The notes under the pieces were generated by a model that did not search any database, had not been told where the DNA came from, and saw only the letters and a list, made by a program, of their open reading frames with translations. Below are positions 1 to 9,328 of a stretch of 64,000 bases of DNA, in pieces (within the stretch, counting starts at the first letter, position 1; each line of letters starts with the position of its first letter). A program made the position numbers and the translations under genes. This DNA comes from Vicinamibacteria bacterium (lineage in GTDB: Bacteria; Acidobacteriota; Vicinamibacteria; Marinacidobacterales; Marinacidobacteraceae). Location: contig OZ241322.1 of assembly GCA_965199715.1 (NCBI GenBank), forward strand, positions 192,001 to 256,000. Direction: 5' to 3'.

Positions 1-1
1 C

Positions 2-298
2 GAGCGGGCGCGGGAGCTGCTGGTCCGGGTCGGGCTCGGCGAGCGGCTCGACCACCGCCCGGCGGCGCTGTCGGGGGGGGAGCGCCAGCGCGTGGCCGTG
101 GCGCGGGCGCTGATCCGCCGCCCGGCGCTGCTGCTGTGCGACGAGCCCACCGGCAATCTCGACGGCGAGGCCGCCGACGAGGTCGCGGACCTGATTCTCG
201 GCCAGGAGTGCATCATCGTGCTCGTCACTCACGACGAGGCGCTGGCGGGTCGGTTTCCTCGACGGCTGCGGCTTGTCGGCGGACGGCTCGAGGGATGA
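2..298 (+). CDS. ABC transporter ATP-binding protein, LolD/MacB-type (5' partial)
   Basis: Frame from nt 2 reads [37 protein letters not shown]...[12 protein letters not shown]...VTHD: signature, Walker B and H-loop motifs. Confidence 0.93.
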   Translation, partial: ERARELLVRVGLGERLDHRPAALSGGERQRVAVARALIRRPALLLCDEPTGNLDGEAADEVADLILGQECIIVLVTHDEALAGRFPRRLRLVGGRLEG

Positions 299-3200
299 CC
301 CCCCGGAGCCTGCGCTACTACTGGCGCGAGCACCTCGCGACGGCGTTCGCGACTTCGGTCGCGGTCATGGTGCTGACCGGGGCGTTCCTCGTCGGCGACT
401 CGGTCCGGGGGAGCCTGCGCAGCGCGTTCACCGGGCGGCTCGGCGGGGTGGATCACTCGGTTCTGGCGCGGCATCCGTTCCGGCAGGACCTCTCCGATCG
501 GCTCGGGCGCGGCGCGCCGGTCTGGCGGCTCCCGGGGGCGATTCTGGGCGGGCCGCCGGTGACCGTGTTCGGCGTGGACCAGCGGTTCTTCGGGCTGCAC
601 GGGGTCGCCGACGCTGGAATCGGGCGGGGCATGGTCCGGGTCGGCCCCGGGATCGACCTGTCTCCGGGCGATCCGGTCGTGCTCCGGGTGGACGACCCCT
701 CGGCGGTCGCCGCGGCCTCGCTGTTCGGAAACAAGGAAGGCGGGATCACGATCCGCCGTTCCGTCGAGCCGTGGCCCGACCCGGCGCCCGGACCCGCTTC
801 GGGAGATTTTGCGCTGTTTCCGGCGCAGGGAGCGACCCGCGCCGTGTTCGTGGGGCTCGACGACCTCGCCCGGGTCGTCGGCGAGCCCGGACGCGCCAAC
901 GCGCTGCTGATCCGGGGGAGCCCCGAAGGGCTGCCGGACGCGCTGACGCTCGACGACTACGGGCTGTCGCTCGAGCCGTCCGTGACCGGGGAGTTCGTGC
1001 TGGGCTCGCGGGCGGTCGTGCTGGACGATCCGACGGTCGCGGCGGCGCGCCGGGCCGGGGGGGAGCCGGTCCTGACGTACCTCGCGACGCGCATGAACCG
1101 GAACCCGTATTCGCTCGTCGCCGGACTTCCCACGCAATGGCTGCCCGAAGGCGAGTTCTTCCCCGGGCCGTGGCTCGCGGACGACCTCGATCTGGCGCCC
1201 GGCGACCCGGTGCGGATCGAGTTCCTCCGCTGGGAGGCGGGCGGCTACGTCGAGGAGTCGGTCGAGCTGACCGCAGGTCCGGCGGTCTCGGACGGGGTCT
1301 TCGCGGACGGGCTGCTCGCTCCCGAGGTTCCCGGCGTGTCCGACTCGGCGACCATCGGCGACTGGAACCCGCCGTTTCCGGTGGACCTCTCGGCGATCCG
1401 GGAGAAGGACGAGGAGTACTGGGACGAGCATCGGGCGCTTCCCAAGGCGTTCGTGCCGCTGCCCCTCGCCGAGCGTCTCTTCGCGATGCGCGAGGGCCGG
1501 GCGACCTCGGTCCGCTTCGAGGAAGAGCCGGATCTGCTCGCCGAACTGGATCCGGCGCGGTTCGGGCTGGAAGCGATCCCGGTGCGCGAGCAGGGCCTCG
1601 CCGCCTCGGTCGGGGCGACCGACTTCGGGGCCTACTTCCTGTACTTCTCGTGGTTCCTGCTGGTCTCGGCGTTCCTCCTGATCGGGCTGCTCTACCGGCT
1701 CGGGATCGAGCGGCGGCTCCCCGAGATCGGCCTCCTGCTCGCTTCGGGCTGGCCGCCGCGCCGGACGACGGCCCTGCTGCTGCGGGAAGCCGCCGTTCTG
1801 GCGCTCGCGGGAGCGGTCCTCGGCGCGGCGCTCGGCCTCGGCTACGGGCGGCTCATGGTCGCTCTGCTCGGCGGCGTGTTCGAGGGAGCGATCGCGGGGA
1901 CGCTTTCCGGCGGCGGCGTGGACGCGCTGCGGTTCGTGATGTCGTGGCCCAAGTTGGCGGGCTGGGCCTTCGGTGGCGCGCTTCTCGCGTGCGCGGTCGC
2001 GTGGCTCACGGTCCGCCGCGTCGTGCGGCGGGCTCCCCGGGCGCTTCTGGCCGGCGCTCCCGAGGACCGGTCGGATTCGCGGCCGTCGCTTCTGGGCGCG
2101 GTCGCGATCGCGGGAGCGGTCGGCCTGGTGGGCGCGGTGGCGCTGGGCCTCGTCCCCGCGGTCGTCGGTTTCTTCGGGGCGGGGGCGCTGTTCCTGACCG
2201 GCTCCTTGCTCCTCGTGCGCGCCGGAGTCAGCCGCGAACTTCCCGGATCGGGCCTGGCCGGGCTGGGGTTCCGGGGGCTCTCGTTCCGGCCTGGGCGGAG
2301 CCTGACCGCGATGGCGCTCGTCGGCTTCGCCTCGTTCACGCTGGTCGCGGTGGAGTCCTTCCGCAAGCGCGAGGATTCAGGACTTCCGCCGGGGGCGGGC
2401 GGGTTCGTCGCGGTCGCCGAGACCGTCTTCGGAATCCCGTGGGACCCGGCGACGGCCGAGGGCCGGGACGCGCTCGGGATCGAGGAGTCGGACGTTCCGA
2501 TCACGCCGCTGCGCATCGCCGGCGACGAGGACGCGAGCTGCCTGAACCTCTACCAGCCGGATCGCCCGAAGGTTCTCGGCGCGCCGCCGGGCCTCGTCGC
2601 GCGGTTCCCGGTCGCCGCCGGCGATCCGTCGGCGCTCGGGAGCGGCGCGCCGGGGGATCCGATCCCGGTGGTCGGCGACCAGAACTCGATGACGTACGTC
2701 CTGAAGTGGCGGATCGGCGAGGAGCGGAGCTTCCCGATCGGGCCGGGCGGCGCGGAGGTTCCGCTCGTGCTGGTCGGGACCCTGCGGGACTCGATCTTCC
2801 AGAGCGAACTGCTCATGGCCGAGGAGGACTTCCTGCGGGCGCTACCGTCGGGCGACGGCTTCCGGATGTTCCTCGCGACCGGGGGCGAGAGGGCGAAGGC
2901 GTTCCTCGACGACGCGCTCGCCGACCACGGAGCGCGGACGCAGACCTCCCGGGAGCGCCTCGCCGAGTTTCACCGGGTCGAGAACGCGTACCTCTCGACC
3001 TTCCAGGCGCTCGGCGGGCTGGGCCTGCTGCTGGGCGTTCTCGGGCTGATCGCGGTACTGCTGCGCAACGCCCACGAGCGTCGCCGCGAGTGGGCGCTTC
3101 TCGCCGCCGCCGGATTCCGCCGGCGCGACTTCATCGCGATCGGGTTCTGGGAGAACGCCTTCGTGCTCGTCTTCGGGGTCGTCGCGGGGGCTGCGTCCGC

Positions 3201-3366
3201 CGGGGTCGCGATCCTCCCGGTGCTCGAGCGCGAAGGGTTCGGGGGCAGCCTGCCGCTGCTGGCGGGGCTCTTCGCCGGGGTCCTCGGGTTCGGGCTGCTC
3301 GCCGGCTGGTTCGCCGCGCGGAGCGTCGCCTCGCGCCCCATCGTGAAATCGCTGCGGGCCGGTTGA
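295..3366 (+). CDS. ABC transporter permease, FtsX/MacB-like (duplicated)
   Basis: ATG at 295 overlaps the ATPase stop (ATGA). Two FtsX-type TM blocks with ERRLPEIGLLLASGW and ERRREWALLAAAGF motifs. Confidence 0.88.
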   Translation: MTPRSLRYYWREHLATAFATSVAVMVLTGAFLVGDSVRGSLRSAFTGRLGGVDHSVLARHPFRQDLSDRLGRGAPVWRLPGAILGGPPVTVFGVDQRFFGLHGVADAGIGRGMVRVGPGIDLSPGDPVVLRVDDPSAVAAASLFGNKEGGITIRRSVEPWPDPAPGPASGDFALFPAQGATRAVFVGLDDLARVVGEPGRANALLIRGSPEGLPDALTLDDYGLSLEPSVTGEFVLGSRAVVLDDPTVAAARRAGGEPVLTYLATRMNRNPYSLVAGLPTQWLPEGEFFPGPWLADDLDLAPGDPVRIEFLRWEAGGYVEESVELTAGPAVSDGVFADGLLAPEVPGVSDSATIGDWNPPFPVDLSAIREKDEEYWDEHRALPKAFVPLPLAERLFAMREGRATSVRFEEEPDLLAELDPARFGLEAIPVREQGLAASVGATDFGAYFLYFSWFLLVSAFLLIGLLYRLGIERRLPEIGLLLASGWPPRRTTALLLREAAVLALAGAVLGAALGLGYGRLMVALLGGVFEGAIAGTLSGGGVDALRFVMSWPKLAGWAFGGALLACAVAWLTVRRVVRRAPRALLAGAPEDRSDSRPSLLGAVAIAGAVGLVGAVALGLVPAVVGFFGAGALFLTGSLLLVRAGVSRELPGSGLAGLGFRGLSFRPGRSLTAMALVGFASFTLVAVESFRKREDSGLPPGAGGFVAVAETVFGIPWDPATAEGRDALGIEESDVPITPLRIAGDEDASCLNLYQPDRPKVLGAPPGLVARFPVAAGDPSALGSGAPGDPIPVVGDQNSMTYVLKWRIGEERSFPIGPGGAEVPLVLVGTLRDSIFQSELLMAEEDFLRALPSGDGFRMFLATGGERAKAFLDDALADHGARTQTSRERLAEFHRVENAYLSTFQALGGLGLLLGVLGLIAVLLRNAHERRREWALLAAAGFRRRDFIAIGFWENAFVLVFGVVAGAASAGVAILPVLEREGFGGSLPLLAGLFAGVLGFGLLAGWFAARSVASRPIVKSLRAG

Positions 3367-3371
3367 GCGCT

Positions 3372-3377
3372 TAGGAT
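3372..3377 (+). promoter_or_regulatory. Putative -10 box (TAGGAT) 6 nt upstream of the M28 peptidase ATG; probable leaderless transcript
   Basis: TAGGAT-tcgggc-ATG with no Shine-Dalgarno; the same geometry recurs at several genes. Confidence 0.55.
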
Positions 3378-3383
3378 TCGGGC

Positions 3384-5543
3384 ATGACCCGATTCCTTCT
3401 CGCGCTCTCGCTCCTGCCGTCCGCCGCGCTCGCCCAGCCGGCGCGGGGATTCCTCGCCGACCAGTGGGACGAGCAGCGGTCGATCGAGGAGCGCTTCCGG
3501 GCGATCCCCGATCCGGCGCGGCTGCGCGAGTACATGGAGTACATGGCGGGCGAGCCGCACATCGCCGGCTTCGGAAACGGCAGCCGCCGGGTCGCCGACT
3601 ACGCGCTCGAGAAGTTCCAGTCCTTCGGGCTGGACGCCCGGATCGAGGAGACCGAGGCGCTCATGCCGATCCCGACCGACCGGCACGTCGAGGTGCTCGG
3701 CCCCGAGCCGTGGACGCTCCTGCTCGACGAGCCTTCGGTCCCCGAGGATCCGGACACGTTCGACGAGGGGCGGTTGCCCACGTACAACCCGTACGCGGCG
3801 GACGGCGACGTGTCCGGCGAGATCGTGTACGTGAACTACGGCATCCCCGAGGACTATGAGACGCTGGCCGAGCTCGGGATCTCGGTGGAGGGCAAGATCG
3901 TGCTCGCCCGCTACGGGCGGAGCTGGCGCGGGATCAAGGCCAAGCTGGCGGAGACGCACGGGGCGATCGGAGCGCTCATGTACTCGGACCCCGAGGACGA
4001 CGGCTACTACCGGGGCCTCACCTATCCGGAAGGACCCTGGCGGCCCGAGGGGGGCGTGCAGCGCGGCTCGATCCTCGACATGCCGGTCCGCCCCGGCGAT
4101 CCGCTCACGCCCGGATGGGGCGCGACCGAGGATCGCGAGAAGCTGACCCGGGAGACCGCGGGCACGCTGGTCGGAATCCCGGTGCTGCCGATCTCGTGGG
4201 GCGACGCGCTTCCGATCCTGCGGCAGCTTCGGGGAACGCCGGCGCCGAACGACGACTGGAAGGGGGCGCTCCCGATCACGTACCACATCGGCCCCGGTCC
4301 CGCCGAGGTGCGGATGCGGACCGCCTACGACTGGCAAGTGCGCCCGGTGTACAACGTGATCGCGACGATCGAGGGATCGACGTATCCGGACGAATGGATC
4401 GTCCACGGCAACCACCACGACGCCTGGTGCAACGGCGCGACCGACCCGATCAGCGGCGCCGTCCAGCTCATGGAGACCGCCCGCGGGTTCGGGGAACTGC
4501 TGCAAGCGAGAATCCGGCCCCGGCGGACGGTCGTGTTCGCGCTGTGGGACGCGGAGGAGTGGGGGCTTCTCGGGTCCACCGAGTGGGCCGAGACCCATCG
4601 GGAGTCGCTCGGCGAGAAGGGAGTCGTGTATATCAACTCCGACTCGACCGGGAAGGGGTGGCTCGGGTTCGCCGGCAGCCACACGCTCGAGAAGTTCCTG
4701 AACGGCGTGGCGCGGGACGTCGAGGATCCCGAGCGCGGCGTGAGCCTGCACGAGGCCGCGCGGGCGCGGCGGCTCGAGACCGCGAACGATCCCGAGGCGC
4801 GCGACCGCATCGAGCAGAGCGACGACTTGCGGCTCGCGGCGCTCGGCTCCGGGTCCGACTACACCGTGTTCCTCGACCATCTGACGATGGCGTCGCTGAA
4901 CCTCGGGATCGGCGGCGACAGTCCGGGCGGGGTCTATCACTCGAACTACGACACCCTCCACTGGTACCTGAACCACTCCGACGGCGACTTCGTGTTCGGG
5001 CGGGCGCTCTCGCAGCTCATCGGAACCGCGATCTGGCGGCTCGCCAACGCCGCGATCCTTCCGTTCGGGTTCACCTCGCTGGCCGACGCGATGGAGGAGT
5101 ACGTGGACGAGATCCGCGAGACCCACGCGGCCATGGAGAACCCCGAGGATATCGACTTCGCGGCGCTCGAGTCCGCGCTCGCAACGCTGCGGAGCGCTGG
5201 CGAGGACTACGAGACCGCGCTGGCCGACCTCACCGCATCCGGGTCCGCCGACGCCGTGCTGGCGAGCGCGGAAGTGTCCCGGCTGAACCAGCTTCTCTAC
5301 ACCTCCGAGCGGCGGCTCGGCCACGAGGAGGGGCTGCCTGAGCGGGAGTGGTTCCGGCACCAGATCTACGCGCCCGGCCTCTACACCGGCTACGGAGTCA
5401 AGACGATTCCGGGTGTCCGCGAGGGCATCGAGGAGGGACAGTGGGACGCCGCCCGGCTCTACGTGCGGGTGGTGCAGGACGCGCTGTCCGCGCTCACCGC
5501 CCAAGTGCGCGAGGCGGAGGGTATTCTCGGCCAACTTCGCTGA
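3384..5543 (+). CDS. Exported M28 family peptidase (glutamate carboxypeptidase II-like; PA and TfR-dimer domains)
   Basis: Signal peptide; YVNYG, VQRGS, GNHHDAW, WDAEEWG and GSGSDY motifs; C-terminal HQIYAPGLYTGY. Confidence 0.92.
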   Translation: MTRFLLALSLLPSAALAQPARGFLADQWDEQRSIEERFRAIPDPARLREYMEYMAGEPHIAGFGNGSRRVADYALEKFQSFGLDARIEETEALMPIPTDRHVEVLGPEPWTLLLDEPSVPEDPDTFDEGRLPTYNPYAADGDVSGEIVYVNYGIPEDYETLAELGISVEGKIVLARYGRSWRGIKAKLAETHGAIGALMYSDPEDDGYYRGLTYPEGPWRPEGGVQRGSILDMPVRPGDPLTPGWGATEDREKLTRETAGTLVGIPVLPISWGDALPILRQLRGTPAPNDDWKGALPITYHIGPGPAEVRMRTAYDWQVRPVYNVIATIEGSTYPDEWIVHGNHHDAWCNGATDPISGAVQLMETARGFGELLQARIRPRRTVVFALWDAEEWGLLGSTEWAETHRESLGEKGVVYINSDSTGKGWLGFAGSHTLEKFLNGVARDVEDPERGVSLHEAARARRLETANDPEARDRIEQSDDLRLAALGSGSDYTVFLDHLTMASLNLGIGGDSPGGVYHSNYDTLHWYLNHSDGDFVFGRALSQLIGTAIWRLANAAILPFGFTSLADAMEEYVDEIRETHAAMENPEDIDFAALESALATLRSAGEDYETALADLTASGSADAVLASAEVSRLNQLLYTSERRLGHEEGLPEREWFRHQIYAPGLYTGYGVKTIPGVREGIEEGQWDAARLYVRVVQDALSALTAQVREAEGILGQLR

Positions 5544-5556
5544 CCGGAGGCCCCCC

Positions 5557-6027
5557 ATGAAGATCCTGTTCCTCGCCGCCCTGCTCCTGCCCGCTCCGGC
5601 TCCTTCGGATGACGTGGCGGCGCTCCAGGAGACCTTCGAGACCGCGGTCGCCGCGCTCAACTCGGGGAACCTCGACGGGTTCCTCGACAGCGTTCATGAC
5701 GAGGCGCTCTCGTTCTACTCGTGCGGCCCGACCTCGGGCAAGCAGGGCAGGGAGGCGTGCGCCCTCGACTGGCGGCTGTTCTTCGACAACGCCGCCGGCG
5801 CCGAGTTCCGCACGAGCGGCGAGCAGTACCGCATCATCGGCGGAACCGGAATCGCCTACGGCTCCTACGCGCTGTCGGTGCTGTACGACGGCAAGGAGCG
5901 CATGACGGTCCACGAGGGCCGCTACACGATGACCTACATCCGCTCCGGCGACGAGTGGAAGATCATCATGCAGCACAACACTCCCGCCGGCGACGATCCC
6001 CAGCCGGTGACCGGCCTGCGCCGCTAA
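5557..6027 (+). CDS. Exported NTF2-like/DUF4440 family protein
   Basis: GGAGG RBS; signal peptide MKILFLAALLL; C-terminal GRYTMTY...WKIIMQH typical of the SnoaL/NTF2 fold. Confidence 0.75.
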   Translation: MKILFLAALLLPAPAPSDDVAALQETFETAVAALNSGNLDGFLDSVHDEALSFYSCGPTSGKQGREACALDWRLFFDNAAGAEFRTSGEQYRIIGGTGIAYGSYALSVLYDGKERMTVHEGRYTMTYIRSGDEWKIIMQHNTPAGDDPQPVTGLRR

Positions 6028-6030
6028 CGA

Positions 6031-6064
6031 GAAACGGGGCCCCGCCCCGAAGGGCGGGACCCCG
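6031..6064 (-). terminator. Rho-independent terminator hairpin between convergent genes
   Basis: Minus strand CGGGGTCCCGCCC-TTCG-GGGCGGGGCCCCG followed by TTTC: 13-bp stem with a C(UUCG)G tetraloop. Confidence 0.75.
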
Positions 6065-6082
6065 CGACGGGCCGGCGGTCCG

Positions 6083-7258
6083 TCAGGCGGCCATCTTCTG
6101 GGCGTTGTCCAGCACGACCGCCATCTTCTCCGCGCCGCGCTGCATCTCGTCCATCGTGCCGATGGAGATGCGGCAGCGGGTCCACAGCGGCGGGAACGGA
6201 CGTCCGACCCGCACGCCTTCCACGGCGCACGCGGCCTGGAACTCCTCGATGGGCATTCCGGTGTCCGCGAAGATGAAGTTGGTCTGCGACTCGGTCACGT
6301 CCAGTCCGCGGTCGGTGAAGAACTTCGTGATGAAGTCCCGCGCCTCGGCGTTCCGCGCCTTCTCGTTCACGAGGTAGCTCGGGTCCGCCTTGTCTCGCTC
6401 GAGCGCGGCGTTGGCGGCGACCATCGAGATGGTGCTGACCGAGTTGCCCATGTGGAACTCGCCGAGCTCCGCGATGGCGTCCTCGTGCGCGATCGCGTAG
6501 CCGATGCGGAGACCGGCCATGCCGTACGCCTTGGAGAACGTCCGGGCGACGATGAGCCGCGGATCCTGGAGCGCGGCGGGAATCATCGTCTCGTGGCCGG
6601 GAGTGGTCACGTAGTCGATGTACGCCTCGTCCACGAGGATGCGCAGGTCCGGGTTCACCATGAACGCCCGGTCGATGAACTCCCGCCCCTCGGCCGGATC
6701 CACGAGCGTCGCGACCGGGTTGTTCGGGTTGCAGTAGAAGAGCATCCCGCTGCCCTTGACCGCGTGGAGCGTCTGGTCGAGGTCCATCCGGAAGTCGGAG
6801 GTGAGCGGCACCGCCTTGGTCCGGTAGCCCATGAGCGCCGCGTAGCCGAAGCACTCCTCGTAGGTGGGCAGGGAACCGACCAACGCCTTCTCGCGGCTCG
6901 CGTACTGGTGCGTCGCGTCCACGAGAATCTGCGTGGAGCCGGCGCCGACGAGCACGTTCTGCGGCTTGACGCCCCACTTCTCGGCGATGGCCTCCTGGAG
7001 CGGCCCGGAGTAGGCGAACGGGTAGCGGCCCATGAGCGTCCCCTCGGGGCCGATCAGCGAGTCCACCGCGTCCATGACCACGTCTCCGGGGCCGAGCGAG
7101 TTCTCGTTGTTGGCGAGGTTGATCGCCTCGTCGGCGGCCATCCCCTGCGCGGCGGCGAACGCGACCTGCTCGCGCAGCCGCGAGCGGACCAGCGTGGCCG
7201 CGTAGAAACCCGCGGCGCCGGACGCGGCGTGGTTCAGAAAATTGCGACGAGAGAGCAT
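6083..7258 (-). CDS. Tat-exported PLP-dependent aminotransferase class I/II (HisC-like)
   Basis: MLSRRNFL twin-arginine motif; NENSLG, CNPNNP, VDEAY and RTFSKAYGMAGLRIGY (PLP lysine). Confidence 0.9.
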   Translation of the reverse strand: MLSRRNFLNHAASGAAGFYAATLVRSRLREQVAFAAAQGMAADEAINLANNENSLGPGDVVMDAVDSLIGPEGTLMGRYPFAYSGPLQEAIAEKWGVKPQNVLVGAGSTQILVDATHQYASREKALVGSLPTYEECFGYAALMGYRTKAVPLTSDFRMDLDQTLHAVKGSGMLFYCNPNNPVATLVDPAEGREFIDRAFMVNPDLRILVDEAYIDYVTTPGHETMIPAALQDPRLIVARTFSKAYGMAGLRIGYAIAHEDAIAELGEFHMGNSVSTISMVAANAALERDKADPSYLVNEKARNAEARDFITKFFTDRGLDVTESQTNFIFADTGMPIEEFQAACAVEGVRVGRPFPPLWTRCRISIGTMDEMQRGAEKMAVVLDNAQKMAA

Positions 7259-7299
7259 GTTCGGTTTCCTTCGGTTCGAGCGAGCGGTCTGGTACCGGC

Positions 7300-8484
7300 C
7301 TACTGCTGGTTGTCGGTGGTGTTGAGCCCGAGCACGTCCGCGAACACGGCGGTGGCGCGCTGCATCTCCTCCATCGTGCCGATGGAGATGCGGGCGTGGG
7401 TGTCCTCGTAGGGCGGGAAGTCCCGTCCCACCCGGATGCCCTGCTTGGCGCAGGCCTCGCGGAATTCGCGAGCGGACATGCCGAGGTTCACGAAGACGAA
7501 GTTGGTCTGGCTCGGCACCGGATCGAGGCCGTTGCTCGAGAAGAAGTCCAGCGTGTACTGCCGGGCCGCCTCGTTGCGCTGGACCTCGGTCATGATGTAG
7601 TCCGGGTCCTCGAGCGAGCCGTAGGCGGCCGCGATCGAGAGCACCGAAGTCCCGAAGGTCAACTGGAGCGGCGCGATCCGGGCGATCGTGTCCTTCTGGC
7701 CGAACGCGTAGCCGAGCCGGAGTCCGGCCATGCCGTACGCCTTCGAGAAGGTGCGCGCCACGAACACGTCGCGGTAGCGCATCGAGAGCTCGGCGCCGGT
7801 GTCGTAGGCCGGGTCGGTCACGTACTCGAAGTACGCCTCGTCCAGCAGGATCGCGGTGTACGGCGAGTTCTTCTTCACGTAGGTGACGAAGTCGGTGATG
7901 TCGGAGGCCGAGTGGATCGTGCCGGTCGGGTTGTTCGGGTTGCACACGAACACCATGCCCGCGCCCATCGAGGCGCCCGCCATCTTGTCGAGGTCGAGCG
8001 CGAGACCGCCGGTGAGCGGAACCTCGGCGACCGGGTGCCCGAGGTAGCGGGCGGTGCGGGTCGGGCTCTCGTAGGAGCACTCCGCGGTCACGAGCGGGCG
8101 ACCCTCGCCGGTGAAGACGCGCACGGCGCTCCGCAGGATCTCGCCCGAGCCCGCCGCCAGCACCACGTTGCGGCCGTCGCCGCCGTGTTTCTGGCCGAGC
8201 TTGTCGCGCAGGTCCTGGTCGCTGATCCCGGCGTTCATCGGGTAGCGCATGATCGAGCCGTACTCGCCGCGCAGCGCCGCGACCGCCGCCGGGCCGGGGC
8301 CGAGCGGGTTCTCGTTGCTGCTGATGCGAACCTCGTCCGCTTCCGGAGCGGGGACGAAGACCGGGGCGCCGCGGAAGCCGTTCTCGGCCTCCCAGGCCTC
8401 GCGGCCCCGGGCGCTGATCGCGTGGAGGGTCGCGGCGCTCGGAGCGCCGGCCAGATTCAGAAATCCGCGACGGGTCGCATTCAT
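7300..8484 (-). CDS. Second Tat-exported PLP-dependent aminotransferase class I/II (HisC-like)
   Basis: MNATRRGFL motif; SSNENPLG, CNPNNPTG, LDEAY and RTFSKAYGMAGLRLGY. Confidence 0.9.
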   Translation of the reverse strand: MNATRRGFLNLAGAPSAATLHAISARGREAWEAENGFRGAPVFVPAPEADEVRISSNENPLGPGPAAVAALRGEYGSIMRYPMNAGISDQDLRDKLGQKHGGDGRNVVLAAGSGEILRSAVRVFTGEGRPLVTAECSYESPTRTARYLGHPVAEVPLTGGLALDLDKMAGASMGAGMVFVCNPNNPTGTIHSASDITDFVTYVKKNSPYTAILLDEAYFEYVTDPAYDTGAELSMRYRDVFVARTFSKAYGMAGLRLGYAFGQKDTIARIAPLQLTFGTSVLSIAAAYGSLEDPDYIMTEVQRNEAARQYTLDFFSSNGLDPVPSQTNFVFVNLGMSAREFREACAKQGIRVGRDFPPYEDTHARISIGTMEEMQRATAVFADVLGLNTTDNQQ

Positions 8485-8569
8485 GGGGAGTCTCCCTTTT
8501 CGCTGGAGTCGGGGTTCATCGCTCCCCGGAAAGTACCGAACCCGCAGGCCTGGGGCAAGATCAGTCCGG

Positions 8570-9316
8570 TCAGTGGACCATGAGGTCGGCGACGAGCGCG
8601 GTCGTCCCCCACTGCATGGTCATCTGGCCGTTCATGCCGTCGGCCATGAGGGAAATCGTGAACATCTCCTCGGAGCTGTCGCGGGTCTCGACCTTCATCG
8701 GCATGCTGAGGACGTCGTGGCCGGGGTCATGGGCGTTGCCCATCTGGCCGGTTTCCTTGTTGACCACGAGGTCCCAGCCGGCGTCCGTCTTCTTCGCGAA
8801 GAGCGTGTAGGCCCCGGCGGGCAGCATCTCCGAGCCGAACATGAGCGAACCCTCGCTCGTGATCGTGGTCGCGCCCTCCGAGCCGAGGCGCCAGATCATC
8901 CCCGGCGTCGCCATGCCGAGCATGTCGCGGCCGTTGAGGCTCGGGCGGCCGTAGTCCACCGACACGGCCTTGCCGCTGAAGCTGGCCTTCGCCTCGCCCC
9001 TCGGGTTGTGGGCGAGCGCGAGGCCCGCGCCGAGCGAAAGCGCGAGCGCGACGCCCATCACGACGTTCGCCGCCCGGGTGAGCCGCGACTTGGCGCGGGC
9101 CGCGGCGTTTCTATGCAGGACGCCGCGCCCGGCCATGCGGTCGAGCAGCGCGGCCGTGACCGGCAGCGCGGCGCGGGTCGCGTCCGCGTCGCCCGCCGCG
9201 ATGGCCTGGCGGAGGCCCTTCGCCTGGGTGCGCAGCCGGCTGCGGTGGCTGCGGTTGCGGAGGCGACGTTCATGATTCTGACGAACGCGTTTCTTCGCGG
9301 ATTTGGAATGAGCCAT
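8570..9316 (-). CDS. rpsT: 30S ribosomal protein bS20 fused to a signal-peptide-like segment and a DUF2911-like domain
   Basis: Residues 1-84 are S20 (MAHSKSAKKRVRQ...RNRSHRSRLRT...LDRMAGRGVLHRNAAARAKSRL). There is no stop. Residues 85-102 are hydrophobic, and 103-248 contain VDYGRPSL-GR, WRLGS--AT and LPAGAYTLF, resembling DUF2911. Confidence 0.9.
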   Translation of the reverse strand: MAHSKSAKKRVRQNHERRLRNRSHRSRLRTQAKGLRQAIAAGDADATRAALPVTAALLDRMAGRGVLHRNAAARAKSRLTRAANVVMGVALALSLGAGLALAHNPRGEAKASFSGKAVSVDYGRPSLNGRDMLGMATPGMIWRLGSEGATTITSEGSLMFGSEMLPAGAYTLFAKKTDAGWDLVVNKETGQMGNAHDPGHDVLSMPMKVETRDSSEEMFTISLMADGMNGQMTMQWGTTALVADLMVH

Positions 9317-9322
9317 GCGGCG

Positions 9323-9328
9323 AGTCTA
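9323..9328 (-). promoter_or_regulatory. Putative -10 box (TAGACT) 6 nt upstream of the rpsT ATG, overlapping the stop codon of the upstream gene
   Basis: Minus strand gaTAGACTcgccgcATG; no Shine-Dalgarno. Confidence 0.55.

Noticed and set aside
8570-9058. DUF2911 as an independent gene starting at internal Met87
   Set aside because: No RBS or -10 box precedes it, the resulting signal peptide would lack a basic n-region, and S20 would still have no stop codon. Kept only as an alternative to test.
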